Sequence record: OM386655.1
DNA: 64,000 nt
From: Escherichia phage vB_EcoM_ESCO10
Reading direction: 5' to 3' (one strand)
Positions 1 to 10,332 of this stretch are shown here, one piece after another; position 1 is the first letter of the stretch; the number at the start of each line of letters is the position of its first letter. The notes beneath the pieces are model-generated. The model searched no databases and was not told where the DNA came from. It saw only the letters and a list, made by a program, of their open reading frames with translations. Position numbers and translations under genes: made by a program.

Positions 1-887
<887 letters not shown>

Positions 888-896
888 GGACTACAA

Positions 897-1715
897 ATGG
901 CTATTACATTAAGTCCATCTTCAATAGACGTAGAATACGGTGACTCTTATACAGTCACTGCTAATATTCCAGATATTAGCCCTGGTTCATCTATTGTGTA
1001 TAACTGGACTAAGAATAAAAAATTTATTAGTTCCGGAACTAATGTATTCACTGAAATAGCATCATCGGTAGAAACATTAAGTATTGCGTGCCGAATTGAA
1101 ATTATATCACCGGATAAAAACACTGAATATATTTTATCGGATTCTTGCTTGGTTAATGTTAGTAAAAACACAAAAGCGGACGGTATAAATTCTCAGCTAG
1201 TTTATTCACCAGATGTTCATAAAATAGGTGACCAAGTTATTCTTTCTGTAGAATCCCGCCATGTAGACCCTGGCTATATTAAAGGAGTTATTTGGAAAGA
1301 TCCATCGGGTAATGTCGTGTCAATTGGTAAAGAATATACGCATAAGATTAAGACGACAGAAGATGTTGTAGATGTAAAAATAGATTTGGCTTCTGAAAAT
1401 TATGCATATTACAATAAAACACTTCAAATTGTTCTTAAAGCTATTGAAGAAGATAATTCGGAGTGTAGTGTAAGATATATTCATCCTTTAGACCACAGGG
1501 ATTCAGGATACATCTGGATGGGTTGGTGGGTTATGGACGAAATTGAAAGGGCAACGGTAGAAGGATTAAATTGGAAAGCGCCGGACGGTACTGACCTGAA
1601 GTATAAGTGCGACTTGAAAACTCTTTCTATAATGCTTGACTTATATAATAATGTTGAAGTACAAGAATCAAGGAATGGTTATATTCTAAACAGGGCAGAT
1701 TTACTTCCAAAATAA
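897..1715 (+). CDS. Hoc-like capsid decoration paralog (Ig-like region plus Hoc-type C-terminal capsid-binding domain)
   Basis: C-terminus YIHPLDHRDSGYIWMGWWVMDEI...VQESRNGYIL parallels C-terminus of hoc product at 1742-2845. Confidence 0.6.
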   Translation: MAITLSPSSIDVEYGDSYTVTANIPDISPGSSIVYNWTKNKKFISSGTNVFTEIASSVETLSIACRIEIISPDKNTEYILSDSCLVNVSKNTKADGINSQLVYSPDVHKIGDQVILSVESRHVDPGYIKGVIWKDPSGNVVSIGKEYTHKIKTTEDVVDVKIDLASENYAYYNKTLQIVLKAIEEDNSECSVRYIHPLDHRDSGYIWMGWWVMDEIERATVEGLNWKAPDGTDLKYKCDLKTLSIMLDLYNNVEVQESRNGYILNRADLLPK

Positions 1716-1720
1716 AAAAA

Positions 1721-1737
1721 GGGCCGCAAGGCCCTTT
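1721..1737. terminator. bidirectional intrinsic terminator between convergent Hoc-like gene and hoc
   Basis: GGGCC-GCAA-GGCCC hairpin, A-run upstream, TTT downstream. Confidence 0.6.
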
Positions 1738-1741
1738 ATCA

Positions 1742-2845
1742 TTAATAGACGTAATCGTATATAATACCAGCTTCCAATGCCGAACGGTGGACGATACGAC
1801 CGTTACGAGATTCCTGTACATCAACTTCCGGGTAATCACTAAGCATTTTGGCTAATACAGCCAGATGACAATAATACGGTGTATCCTCTTTAGTGGCTTT
1901 TTTCCAATCTGTACTTTCAGATGTTAATTTCTGAATAGCGTCCATAACCCACCAACCACACCAAATATACGCAGTATTACGGACAGGAAGTGGATGTACA
2001 TAAATTAAAGGACATTCTTCTGGAACAACAGGCTCTGCTTCTGCCACCGTAACAGACTTATTACCTGATTTAACTGAATTTGTAAAGCCTGATTGTGATG
2101 CAGTAACTTCACAAGTATATGACTTCAAGCCTTCAGTGGATTCCGTTATTGCTCTTGTTGCTTCTGTTGAGTTGTCGTCCCATTTATATGCAAGAGTAGC
2201 ACCAGGGATAGCAGGGGACACGGAAGCTGTCAAATTGAATGGAACATCAACCGTTGCAGTAGACGGGCCTGAAATCTCAACAGTGAACTCAGGAAATGTA
2301 TTGTTTTCGACCGTAACAACTACTGCATCAGGATTAATAACTTGGTTGTCATAATCTGCAGCAGAAATGGTAATTTGACAAGTTAAAGAAACCGGTCCTG
2401 CAACAGTAGCGGTGCGAGTAATATCTTTGGTAGTTTCACCGGTAGACCACAAATATGCTATTGAAGCTCCACCAGGTTCACCTGTTACATTAGCCGAAGC
2501 TTTATATTCCTGTCCAACTTTAACGGTAGGAGTGGAAGTTGTTAATGTTGCGGTTGCAGACATAGTCTTATTATTAACTGTGATGGTTGTTTGAGCCTCT
2601 GCCGTTTCAGGCTCTCCTTCTTCCGGCGTTGTGGTGGCAACAACTTTAATTACTTTTGAACCTGCTGGCCCAGCTGCAATATAATCCATAGTAGCAATAA
2701 CAGAATCTTGTGGAACCTCATCAACGGTCCATACAAAAGATTCGGTACCAGCGACAGCGGCTCCAGCTCCAGTGGCAGTAAAATTAGTTGTTGCACCTAT
2801 AACCGCTGTAGGTGTTAAAGGGGCAATTGATACAGTATAAGCCAT
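1742..2845 (-). CDS. hoc: highly immunogenic outer capsid protein Hoc
   Basis: tandem Ig-like domains; C-terminal YVHPLPVRNTAYIWCGWWVMD...VQESRNG matches T4 Hoc; ATG 2845 preferred over track TTG 2857. Confidence 0.8.
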   Translation of the reverse strand: MAYTVSIAPLTPTAVIGATTNFTATGAGAAVAGTESFVWTVDEVPQDSVIATMDYIAAGPAGSKVIKVVATTTPEEGEPETAEAQTTITVNNKTMSATATLTTSTPTVKVGQEYKASANVTGEPGGASIAYLWSTGETTKDITRTATVAGPVSLTCQITISAADYDNQVINPDAVVVTVENNTFPEFTVEISGPSTATVDVPFNLTASVSPAIPGATLAYKWDDNSTEATRAITESTEGLKSYTCEVTASQSGFTNSVKSGNKSVTVAEAEPVVPEECPLIYVHPLPVRNTAYIWCGWWVMDAIQKLTSESTDWKKATKEDTPYYCHLAVLAKMLSDYPEVDVQESRNGRIVHRSALEAGIIYDYVY

Positions 2846-2872
2846 AAAAATCTCCAAAAGGCCACTAGGGCC

Positions 2873-3556
2873 TTAGTTTAAACGAATAAAAGATGAGTTA
2901 CGTGTTTCACGAATAAGAATGGAACCGTCACGATTGATATAGTAAATCAAACTAAACAATGTTTGGTGTGCGCTTGCATGAGCAAAAGAAGTGGGGCGTT
3001 CTTTCCAGTCCGGGGTCTCTTTAATCCACTGGTAAATCCACCAAGGGAGGGTACAATACCCAGGAGCTTTGCCCAGCATAAGCAGATTAGGACTAAAATT
3101 TTCAGGTAATTTAAATTTAGGTTTTTCAGATTCAACAATCTTAGATACGGCTTCTTCGAACTTCTCTTCAACAAAAGGAGTTTCAACAACAGCTATTTCA
3201 ACTGTTCCTGGGGTATCTTTTATTTCAATAACTTCAACAGGTTCGGCAGGAGCCGTCGGAGCGTCAAACAATAATTTAGCTTCAATTTTAGATTCTTCAA
3301 CATTTGCCAGGTGAGCATTAGTGCCCTGAAGCTCATCGTCGGCATCGATTAAATCAGTAATAGATAAACCTTCAGTTTCAGGTATAGGTTCATCTGCTAT
3401 AGCCTTAAGGGCTTCAGCGATGTCTATTACCAAGTTGTCAAAACTTTTAGTTTTCTTAAGTTTTAAACCGAACTGTTCGCCGTATTCGATTAACTTAGCT
3501 TTAGCTTCTTTTTTATCTTCGAGTGAACGAAGCTCTTCAATATATTGAGTATCCAT
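2873..3556 (-). CDS. putative Inh-like protein (prohead protease inhibitor) by synteny and size; acidic
   Basis: 227-aa ORF immediately upstream of hoc as in T4; no motif recognised. Confidence 0.4.
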   Translation of the reverse strand: MDTQYIEELRSLEDKKEAKAKLIEYGEQFGLKLKKTKSFDNLVIDIAEALKAIADEPIPETEGLSITDLIDADDELQGTNAHLANVEESKIEAKLLFDAPTAPAEPVEVIEIKDTPGTVEIAVVETPFVEEKFEEAVSKIVESEKPKFKLPENFSPNLLMLGKAPGYCTLPWWIYQWIKETPDWKERPTSFAHASAHQTLFSLIYYINRDGSILIRETRNSSFIRLN

Positions 3557-3575
3557 AATTAGTCTCTTGTTGGTG

Positions 3576-3583
3576 TATAAATA
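3576..3583 (+). promoter_or_regulatory. T4-type late promoter TATAAATA upstream of uvsW
   Basis: exact TATAAATA ~29 nt before uvsW ATG. Confidence 0.45.
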
Positions 3584-3612
3584 TAACTATATTTATTACT
3601 GGGATTATTCCA

Positions 3613-5109
3613 ATGAAGATTAATGTACATTTTGAAGATTTTAGTCATGTCCGAATTGAGTGTGACGATTCCACTTTCTTCGAACTCAGAGACTATTTTA
3701 GTTTTGAAGCCGATGGCTATAAGTTTAACCCAAAGTATCGTTATGGCCAATGGGATGGGAGAATTCGTCTTCTAGACTATAATCGTAAACTCCCTTATGG
3801 TCTGGTTTCACAGATGAGAAAATTCGCAGACCAATTCGAATACCAACTGTGGATTGACCCCCGTATCACCGAAACTGAAGAAATTTCTGAAACCGAATTA
3901 AAAGAATGGATTGCTTCTAAAGAAATCTATTCAGGTAATACTAAGATTGAGCCTCATTGGTATCAAGCTGATGCCGTATTCAATGGTCTTAAACATCGTA
4001 GACGCATTCTTAATTTACCTACATCCGCAGGTAAATCATTAATCCAGGCACTCCTGGCGCGTTATTACGTAGAACATTATGAAGGTAAAATTCTTATCCT
4101 TGTTCCTACTACTGCTCTCGTCGACCAGATGATTAATGACTTCGCTGATTATCGTTTATTCGGTAAACAACATATGCTTGGTATTCGAGCTGGTACCAAA
4201 CGTGATTCAGACGCAATGATTTATGTTTCAACTTATCAAACGGCTGTTAAACAACCTAAAGAATGGTTTGCTCAGTTTGGTATGTTTATGAACGACGAAT
4301 GTCACTTGGCTACAGGTAAGAGTATTTCTACTATTATTGAAGGTCTTACTAATTGCATGTTTAAATTTGGTTTGTCTGGTTCTTTAAAAGACGGTAAAGC
4401 TAACCTGATGCAATACATGGGTTTGTTTGGTGATATTTTTAAACCTGTTTCCACCTCCCAATTAATGGAAGAAGGACAGGTCACCGATTTAAAAATAAAC
4501 AGTATTTTCCTTAGATATCCAGACGAATTCACTGTTAAGATGAAAGGTAAAGATTACCAATCAGAAATTAAAGTCATTACTAAGGCTACTCGTCGTAATA
4601 AATGGGTTGCTAATTTAGCTGTTAAGCTCGCTAAGAAAGAAGAGAACGTATTCTTGATGTTTAAAAACATCGAGCACGGTAAAACTCTTTTTGAAATGGT
4701 TAAAGAGCAACATAAAGAAGTTTATTACGTATCAGGCGAAGTTAATACAGAAACTCGTAATGCTCTTAAGTTAATGGCGGAAAACGGTAAGGGTATTATT
4801 GTTGTGGCAAGTTACGGTGTATTTTCTACAGGTATTTCTGTTAAGAATCTCCATCACGTAATATTTGCCCATCCTGTAAAATCTAAAATTATTGTACTGC
4901 AAACCATCGGTCGTGTACTTCGTAAACATGACAGTAAACAAGTCGCGCAAGTTTTTGATATCATCGACGACATGGGCGTGAAACCTAAATCCAAAGATTC
5001 TAAAAAGAAATACGTTCACCTAAATTATGCATTAAAACATGGATTGGATCGTATTCAACGATATGCAGACGAGAAATTTAATTATGTCATGAAAGAGGTC
5101 CAAATTTGA
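3613..5109 (+). CDS. uvsW: UvsW DNA/RNA helicase (SF2)
   Basis: near full-length match to T4 UvsW as remembered; Walker A LPTSAGKS, DECH box. Confidence 0.95.
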   Translation: MKINVHFEDFSHVRIECDDSTFFELRDYFSFEADGYKFNPKYRYGQWDGRIRLLDYNRKLPYGLVSQMRKFADQFEYQLWIDPRITETEEISETELKEWIASKEIYSGNTKIEPHWYQADAVFNGLKHRRRILNLPTSAGKSLIQALLARYYVEHYEGKILILVPTTALVDQMINDFADYRLFGKQHMLGIRAGTKRDSDAMIYVSTYQTAVKQPKEWFAQFGMFMNDECHLATGKSISTIIEGLTNCMFKFGLSGSLKDGKANLMQYMGLFGDIFKPVSTSQLMEEGQVTDLKINSIFLRYPDEFTVKMKGKDYQSEIKVITKATRRNKWVANLAVKLAKKEENVFLMFKNIEHGKTLFEMVKEQHKEVYYVSGEVNTETRNALKLMAENGKGIIVVASYGVFSTGISVKNLHHVIFAHPVKSKIIVLQTIGRVLRKHDSKQVAQVFDIIDDMGVKPKSKDSKKKYVHLNYALKHGLDRIQRYADEKFNYVMKEVQI

Positions 5110-5801
5110 ATTATCAAAAAATTTATGACAATTTAATTAGAAGCCGAAAGGCTTCTAAACCTGAGGGTTATACAGAATCTCATCATATTATCCCGTCATG
5201 TATTGGCGGGCCTGATACTCAGGAAAATAGAGTACGCCTTACCCCAGAAGAACATTTTATAGCTCATAAATTACTAGCTAAAATTTATCCAAATAACTAC
5301 GGACTCATAAAAGCTGTTATTTCTATGGGTATGAGTTCCAGGACTCATAAAAGACAATTTAGTAAATCATACGGCTGGGAACGTAGACAATTGGCAATTC
5401 TTCAGACTGGCGAAGGAAATCCATTTTACGGTAAGCACCACACTGAAGCTCATAAAGAATACATGAGCAATTTATTTAAAGGTAGACCTATTTTATGGGG
5501 CGATAAAATATCCGCAACTAAAAAAGCGAATCCTTATAAATACACACAAGAACAATGTCAAGCTATATCTGAAAGAAATTCTGGGGTCGGCAACGGCATG
5601 TATGGTAAAAATCATACACCAGAAGCTTCTAAGAAAATTTCAGATAAAGCTAAAGAAAGATATAAAGACCCATCTAAAAACCCGGCAGCTAAAAAGGTTA
5701 CTATACATGGTGTTGAATATGGCTCGATGAAACAAGCTTCCGAAGCCACGGGTCTTTCTCGTCACAAAATCAGAAATTTAATGAAACAGGTGGATTTATG
5801 A
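5106..5801 (+). CDS. HNH homing endonuclease with NUMOD-like DNA-binding repeats
   Basis: HHIIP...N...H motif; two G-N-x-YGK-H-T-E repeats; 4-nt overlaps with uvsW stop and uvsW.1 start; apparent TTG start after AGAGG. Confidence 0.8.
   Translation: MNYQKIYDNLIRSRKASKPEGYTESHHIIPSCIGGPDTQENRVRLTPEEHFIAHKLLAKIYPNNYGLIKAVISMGMSSRTHKRQFSKSYGWERRQLAILQTGEGNPFYGKHHTEAHKEYMSNLFKGRPILWGDKISATKKANPYKYTQEQCQAISERNSGVGNGMYGKNHTPEASKKISDKAKERYKDPSKNPAAKKVTIHGVEYGSMKQASEATGLSRHKIRNLMKQVDL
5106..5801 (+). mobile_element. free-standing homing-endonuclease gene inserted between uvsW and uvsW.1
   Basis: T4 has segE upstream of uvsW, not an HNH gene at this junction. Confidence 0.5.
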
Positions 5802-6025
5802 AGTCCTTTAAAGAAGTTATCTATGAAGCCTCTATCGAGAGCTTCATGTCTAAAATTAGTTCTTGCCAAACCATGGACGGTTTGGAGGAATTGGAGAAGT
5901 ATTACAAAACCCGAAGTAAAGAAGCCGAACTTCGTGATTCGGATGATATCAGTGTCCGTGATGCCCTAGCAGGTAAACGATCTGAATTAGAATCTATGGA
6001 TGATGACGAAGAAGAAGAGTTCTAA
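5798..6025 (+). CDS. uvsW.1: UvsW.1 small acidic protein
   Basis: 75 aa, acidic C-terminus, position after uvsW. Confidence 0.7.
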   Translation: MKSFKEVIYEASIESFMSKISSCQTMDGLEELEKYYKTRSKEAELRDSDDISVRDALAGKRSELESMDDDEEEEF

Positions 6026-6028
6026 AAC

Positions 6029-6057
6029 AAAAAAAGGCCCAACCTTTCGGAAGGGCC
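6029..6057 (-). terminator. intrinsic terminator ending leftward uvsY operon
   Basis: GGCCC...GGGCC hairpin followed on minus strand by T7. Confidence 0.5.
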
Positions 6058-6088
6058 AATAACCATAAAAATGGCTATACACACTAGA

Positions 6089-6256
6089 CTAAAGCAATAA
6101 TTGTGTTTCGTTCAGCTGTTCTTCAGTGTTTTCCGTAACAGGCAGGCTTTGAACGTAATTATAACATGGACCCGGATGAACCGGACCTTTTTCTGTTTCA
6201 ACAACCAATGCAGCATCGATTGGAGTTTTACAGACAACGCAAATCTTATCTGACAT
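6089..6256 (-). CDS. small protein (55 aa), uvsY.-2-like position
   Basis: hand-translated MSDKICVVCKTPIDAALVVETEKGPVHPGPCYNYVQSLPVTENTEEQLNETQLLL; AAGGAG SD 7 nt upstream. Confidence 0.5.
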   Translation of the reverse strand: MSDKICVVCKTPIDAALVVETEKGPVHPGPCYNYVQSLPVTENTEEQLNETQLLL

Positions 6257-6284
6257 GATTGTCTCCTTAGTTTATCTTACATAT

Positions 6285-6383
6285 CTATTTATTACTTGCT
6301 AAAGCAGCGTTAATGAATTCTTGAATAAGCTTCATTTTATCAGCATCTACTTTAATAGGTTTGGTATTTTTAGTACGTCTCAT
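6285..6383 (-). CDS. small protein (32 aa), uvsY.-1-like position
   Basis: hand-translated MRRTKNTKPIKVDADKMKLIQEFINAALASNK; TAATG overlap with uvsY stop. Confidence 0.35.
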   Translation of the reverse strand: MRRTKNTKPIKVDADKMKLIQEFINAALASNK

Positions 6384-6817
6384 TATTTACCTGCCTCAAA
6401 CTGCCTCATCTCGTGCATTGTCTTAAGGTTAAAACCCCTGGCCTTAATAGCATCCAATGCCGAACTACAAAAGTCTTGTAATAAGGCCCAATACTGGATT
6501 GAAGTATCGATTTTAATTACGCTTGAATCTGCAGCCATTACGGTCTTTAATTCCGACCTCTCGTACTGGTCCATACAAACCTCATCACCAGGCTCTCCAC
6601 GTCCCGTGTAGAAATCTAATCTCTTCTTAAGAGAGGTCTTTTTCTGGATTTCTAATCGCATTATCTCTTTCTTACAATTCGTATATAGTCTTAGCCATTT
6701 GCTGTGCAGCAAAACGTTGTTCTGTACTTCATACTGTAAACGAGTCCCATCAATCTTTAAATCTTCATCTAATGCATCTTGGAACGATTCTAATTTATAT
6801 TCAATCTCTTTACTCAT
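6383..6817 (-). CDS. uvsY: UvsY recombination mediator
   Basis: matches T4 UvsY from internal ATG (MSKEIEYKLESFQDAL...); track N-terminal extension rejected. Confidence 0.9.
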   Translation of the reverse strand: MSKEIEYKLESFQDALDEDLKIDGTRLQYEVQNNVLLHSKWLRLYTNCKKEIMRLEIQKKTSLKKRLDFYTGRGEPGDEVCMDQYERSELKTVMAADSSVIKIDTSIQYWALLQDFCSSALDAIKARGFNLKTMHEMRQFEAGK

Positions 6818-6848
6818 GGCATGTTTCCTGTTGAATGACCGTAGGACC

Positions 6849-6875
6849 ATTATACACCATTTGTTTGTACAGCAA
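6849..6875 (-). promoter_or_regulatory. MotA-dependent middle promoter for uvsY
   Basis: minus strand aTTGCTGta, 13 nt, TATAAT; ~30 nt upstream of uvsY ATG. Confidence 0.45.
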
Positions 6876-7265
6876 TTAACCACTCTGTGAGAGCTGGATT
6901 CTAATTTGCTCTAATGTGTCCGGGTCGTCAACAATACTAAACTGGACTGTTACTATAATAGAGTTGTCATCATAAACAGGGGTTACACCTACAGCAAGAG
7001 CAGAAATTCTAGGTTCGAAGTTCCGCACAGCGGAAACTATATTACGCTTAATGGTATCTGTTATTAACGGGGTGATATTCTCAAACAACTGATTGCTAAT
7101 ATCACATCCAAATTCAGGCATAAAAGGGCGAGAACCTTTACGGGTAGTAATAATGCCTAACAAACTATTTTTTACTGCACGGGACCCTGTAGCTTTAGCG
7201 ACGTCTCTATTCCAAGACGTCCTCATTTCAGGGTCCAAATCTGAATACATTTTATTGATATTCAT
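6876..7265 (-). CDS. 25: baseplate wedge subunit gp25
   Basis: strong similarity to T4 gp25 (KNSLLGIITTRKGSRPF...PEFGCD). Confidence 0.9.
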   Translation of the reverse strand: MNINKMYSDLDPEMRTSWNRDVAKATGSRAVKNSLLGIITTRKGSRPFMPEFGCDISNQLFENITPLITDTIKRNIVSAVRNFEPRISALAVGVTPVYDDNSIIVTVQFSIVDDPDTLEQIRIQLSQSG

Positions 7266-7888
7266 TACATCACCTTAAAGAACTCTTTAAGTCCCTCAAT
7301 AACGTGGACGGTGTGCTCACCACATTCACAAGAAATAGGTATAGCCAAAATAGGCTTAGGGGCGACTAGAGCGTCATAAACTTCTTTTATATCTTTTTCT
7401 GTTATCACAGAATAAAGGTCATCTAGTTCCGCATCACTTAAATCAGAAAGAAGAAGCTTTTCGCCTGCAGAAGTTAAAATATAATCGATACACCCTGCGA
7501 CCATCATAGCTCTATTTTTGTCTTCAAAGAGTTTAGGATATCTGAACACAATTTTAAAGTTACCAAAGTCCTTAATAACATCAGGCTCTTTACCTAATGT
7601 AGCGCGAGTTAATGTCATAGGGACAACCTGTGAGCGACCACAACTACAAACCCACTCACGTTCTATATTCACTTCAGCTAATGAATGGGCCCACAGGTTT
7701 ATCACCAGGAGCTCAGATTCTTGCTTGTTTAAATCACGAGCATCTGTGCAATTCAAAATGAGTTCATTGATAAAGGACTCTATTCTGTCTTCTAATTTAG
7801 CTTGGAGCAAGTCCTTATACTCTCTGAGGGTAAATGCTCTGCATTTTATAGTCTTGTTTTTAATTTTTACATCAAAAGTATAATTCAT
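7265..7888 (-). CDS. 26: baseplate hub subunit gp26
   Basis: synteny, size 207 aa, TAATG coupling to gene 25. Confidence 0.75.
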   Translation of the reverse strand: MNYTFDVKIKNKTIKCRAFTLREYKDLLQAKLEDRIESFINELILNCTDARDLNKQESELLVINLWAHSLAEVNIEREWVCSCGRSQVVPMTLTRATLGKEPDVIKDFGNFKIVFRYPKLFEDKNRAMMVAGCIDYILTSAGEKLLLSDLSDAELDDLYSVITEKDIKEVYDALVAPKPILAIPISCECGEHTVHVIEGLKEFFKVM

Positions 7889-7906
7889 TGTCTTCTCCTT
7901 TAAGCT

Positions 7907-7914
7907 TATTTATA
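7907..7914 (-). promoter_or_regulatory. late promoter TATAAATA for genes 26-25
   Basis: plus tatttata = minus TATAAATA, ~18 nt upstream of gene 26 ATG. Confidence 0.6.
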
Positions 7915-7918
7915 AATA
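7911..7918 (+). promoter_or_regulatory. late promoter TATAAATA for gene 51 operon
   Basis: exact TATAAATA ~20 nt upstream of gene 51 ATG; overlaps divergent partner. Confidence 0.6.
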
Positions 7919-7938
7919 CATCAATAAGAGGATACCTT

Positions 7939-8691
7939 ATGGCTAATATAGTACGTTGCGAAATGCCTGATGGAGTCCACCGATTTAAACCTTTTACCGT
8001 AGCTGATTATCGTGATTTTATTTTGATTCGAAATGATATGAATAACAAATCACCTGAAGAGCAAAAACAAATTTTAGATGAGTTACTGGAAGAATACTTC
8101 GGTGAGTACCCTATGTCATGGCGACCATACATGTTTATTGAACTGTATACGTCATCTCTCGGCAAGACCAAAATTCCTATCCGTTACACTTGCAGTAAGT
8201 GTGAAAAAGATAGACAAGTTTTATTTAATTTGAAGCAGACTAAGTTAGATAACCCTACAATTGAAGTGGCTGGCTTGAAACTGACCTTCAAATTCCCTGA
8301 AATAGAATATCATGATAAATCTGAATTGATTTTGAATACCCTCCAAACTGTAGAAGATGAAAACGGGGCCTATAATTGGGTAGACCTTTCTGAAGAGGAC
8401 CAGTTAGCTGTAATAGATGCTATAGACTTATCTACTTTAGAGGATATAGTCAAACAAACCAGCCCTATTCATTTCGAACTCAAGTATGGATGCTGTAATC
8501 GTAGAACAATTACGTATACCGATATTTTAGAAGTGTTTAAGCTTATAGTCAATCCGGATGAGATATTTTTATTTTACCAAATAAACCATTTACTGGTAAA
8601 GAACAATTATTCGTTAGAAAGCATTATGCAGATGATTCCAATCGAACGCGGTATTGCTTTGTCTTTGGTTGAAAAGGACCTTAAGAAATGA
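7939..8691 (+). CDS. 51: baseplate hub assembly catalyst gp51
   Basis: synteny; ATG 7939 with AAGAGGA SD preferred over track TTG 7888. Confidence 0.75.
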   Translation: MANIVRCEMPDGVHRFKPFTVADYRDFILIRNDMNNKSPEEQKQILDELLEEYFGEYPMSWRPYMFIELYTSSLGKTKIPIRYTCSKCEKDRQVLFNLKQTKLDNPTIEVAGLKLTFKFPEIEYHDKSELILNTLQTVEDENGAYNWVDLSEEDQLAVIDAIDLSTLEDIVKQTSPIHFELKYGCCNRRTITYTDILEVFKLIVNPDEIFLFYQINHLLVKNNYSLESIMQMIPIERGIALSLVEKDLKK

Positions 8692-9857
8692 GTTCAAAAA
8701 CTATGCAGCGTGAAGGCTTTCCTAATATTAGTATACGCCTTTACGAAGATTATGACGCCTGGTTAGAGCATCGTTTTGTTGAACTAGGCGCGACATTTAC
8801 TACCCTAACAATGCGAGACGGGCTTTATGGTAGTAATGAAGGATTGCTCCAGTTTTATGATGCAAAAAACCTTCATACCAAAATGGATGGTGAACAGATT
8901 ATCCAAGTTTCCGTTAAGAACGCCAACTCAGAACGTACCCAATCAAGAATTTATGGAACCAAGCATTTTGCCGTAGGAGTGGATTCTAAGGGCGATAATA
9001 TCATAACAATACAACTCGCCCCTATCCACTTTTTAGAAAATCTTAAATTCGGACGTATGTTTTTCCCTAGTGTTCAAGAAACATTAACTGAAATGATTGG
9101 GGTTATTTACCAGGACCGACCACTTCTTGCCCCACCGCTGAACGGGATAAACGTTTATGTTCCTAATGTCCCGTGGTGCGATTCTATGGATAGATATATG
9201 GAGTTTGTACGAGAAGTCGGTATGGCTGTTGAATCTGATAAATTTGTATTTGTTTGGGAAGATATAGATGGTATTTCTATTATGGACTACGAATTTATGG
9301 TTAATCAAGAGCCGATCAATTTTGTAGTAGGTGAGCCTCGTTTAATAGGGCAGTATGTCCAAGATATGGACACTCCTATTGCATTTGATTTTGAGTGGCT
9401 AACTAAAGCTAACCAACATATCCGAAAACCATACGAAAATGCTACAGTATACGCTCATTCGTTCTTAGATAAAAACGCTACACGAATTACTTTTGGAGAC
9501 GGGCAAAACAGTATACTAGTTTCTCGTTCCGGCGGATATTCTGATTATACATATCGAAACGGATTTGAAGAAGCCGATAGATTAGTTACTATGGCCCAGT
9601 ATGATGGGTATGCTCATTGCAAGGTATACGGGAACTTTGAATTAACCCCAGGTGATAAGATTAATTTCTATGACCCTAAAAACCAATTCCAGTACGATTT
9701 TTATGTAGACGAAGTTATTCATGAAGTGAGTAACAATACATCAATTACAAACCTTTATATGTTTACCAATGGTAAGCCTATTAAGATTGAAGAACCACCG
9801 AAGGTTAAAAATGAACTTAAAACTGATACTCCCGATCAAGAAAATAACGCTGGGTGA
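8688..9857 (+). CDS. 27: baseplate hub subunit gp27
   Basis: synteny and size 389 aa; ATGA overlap with gene 51. Confidence 0.8.
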   Translation: MSSKTMQREGFPNISIRLYEDYDAWLEHRFVELGATFTTLTMRDGLYGSNEGLLQFYDAKNLHTKMDGEQIIQVSVKNANSERTQSRIYGTKHFAVGVDSKGDNIITIQLAPIHFLENLKFGRMFFPSVQETLTEMIGVIYQDRPLLAPPLNGINVYVPNVPWCDSMDRYMEFVREVGMAVESDKFVFVWEDIDGISIMDYEFMVNQEPINFVVGEPRLIGQYVQDMDTPIAFDFEWLTKANQHIRKPYENATVYAHSFLDKNATRITFGDGQNSILVSRSGGYSDYTYRNGFEEADRLVTMAQYDGYAHCKVYGNFELTPGDKINFYDPKNQFQYDFYVDEVIHEVSNNTSITNLYMFTNGKPIKIEEPPKVKNELKTDTPDQENNAG

Positions 9858-10332
9858 TAAAGAGATTTCTATTCCTAAATTAGGTCTTAAACACCAGAAA
9901 TTAGTTAAAGATGAAAAGGACCCTTATAAAGCTCTTCATATATTAATGGATTCCATTTATAAGGGTTTAACTGCAGCAGAAACTGATTTTGCCGCACTCC
10001 ATCTTTTAGAATTCAACGGACGTCTAAAAGAAAAAGTAACCAAAGATGGATTTACATATAATCTAAATGACCTTTATATCTGCCAACGTCTTGAATTCCA
10101 ATTCCAAGGTAAAACGTTTAAATTTAAATCACACGAACCATTCCAAACATTTGGTCCTGTTGATAGTGTACTACAATCTCTTTATCTTGGTGATGATGTA
10201 CCAGATTTTCTGGATATGCCTGCCTTTGTTGCGACATGGGCCGACGATATAACTTCTACTGTAGCTATCCCTGGTCCTAATGGTCCTATTAAAGGATTGC
10301 TTAAAATCATGGATATCTTAAATGAAGAATGA
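9811..10332 (+). CDS. 28: baseplate hub distal subunit gp28
   Basis: synteny; internal ATG ([11 protein letters not shown]) chosen, overlaps gene 27 end. Confidence 0.6.
   Translation: MNLKLILPIKKITLGDKEISIPKLGLKHQKLVKDEKDPYKALHILMDSIYKGLTAAETDFAALHLLEFNGRLKEKVTKDGFTYNLNDLYICQRLEFQFQGKTFKFKSHEPFQTFGPVDSVLQSLYLGDDVPDFLDMPAFVATWADDITSTVAIPGPNGPIKGLLKIMDILNEE

Noticed and set aside
6383-6883. Track N-terminal extensions of uvsY, ligase (to 20502), rnh (to 42461), motA (to 55672), denA, gp32 and nrdB
   Set aside because: Extensions start at TTG/GTG or lack an SD and overlap upstream promoters; internal ATGs with SD match the T4 protein N-termini.
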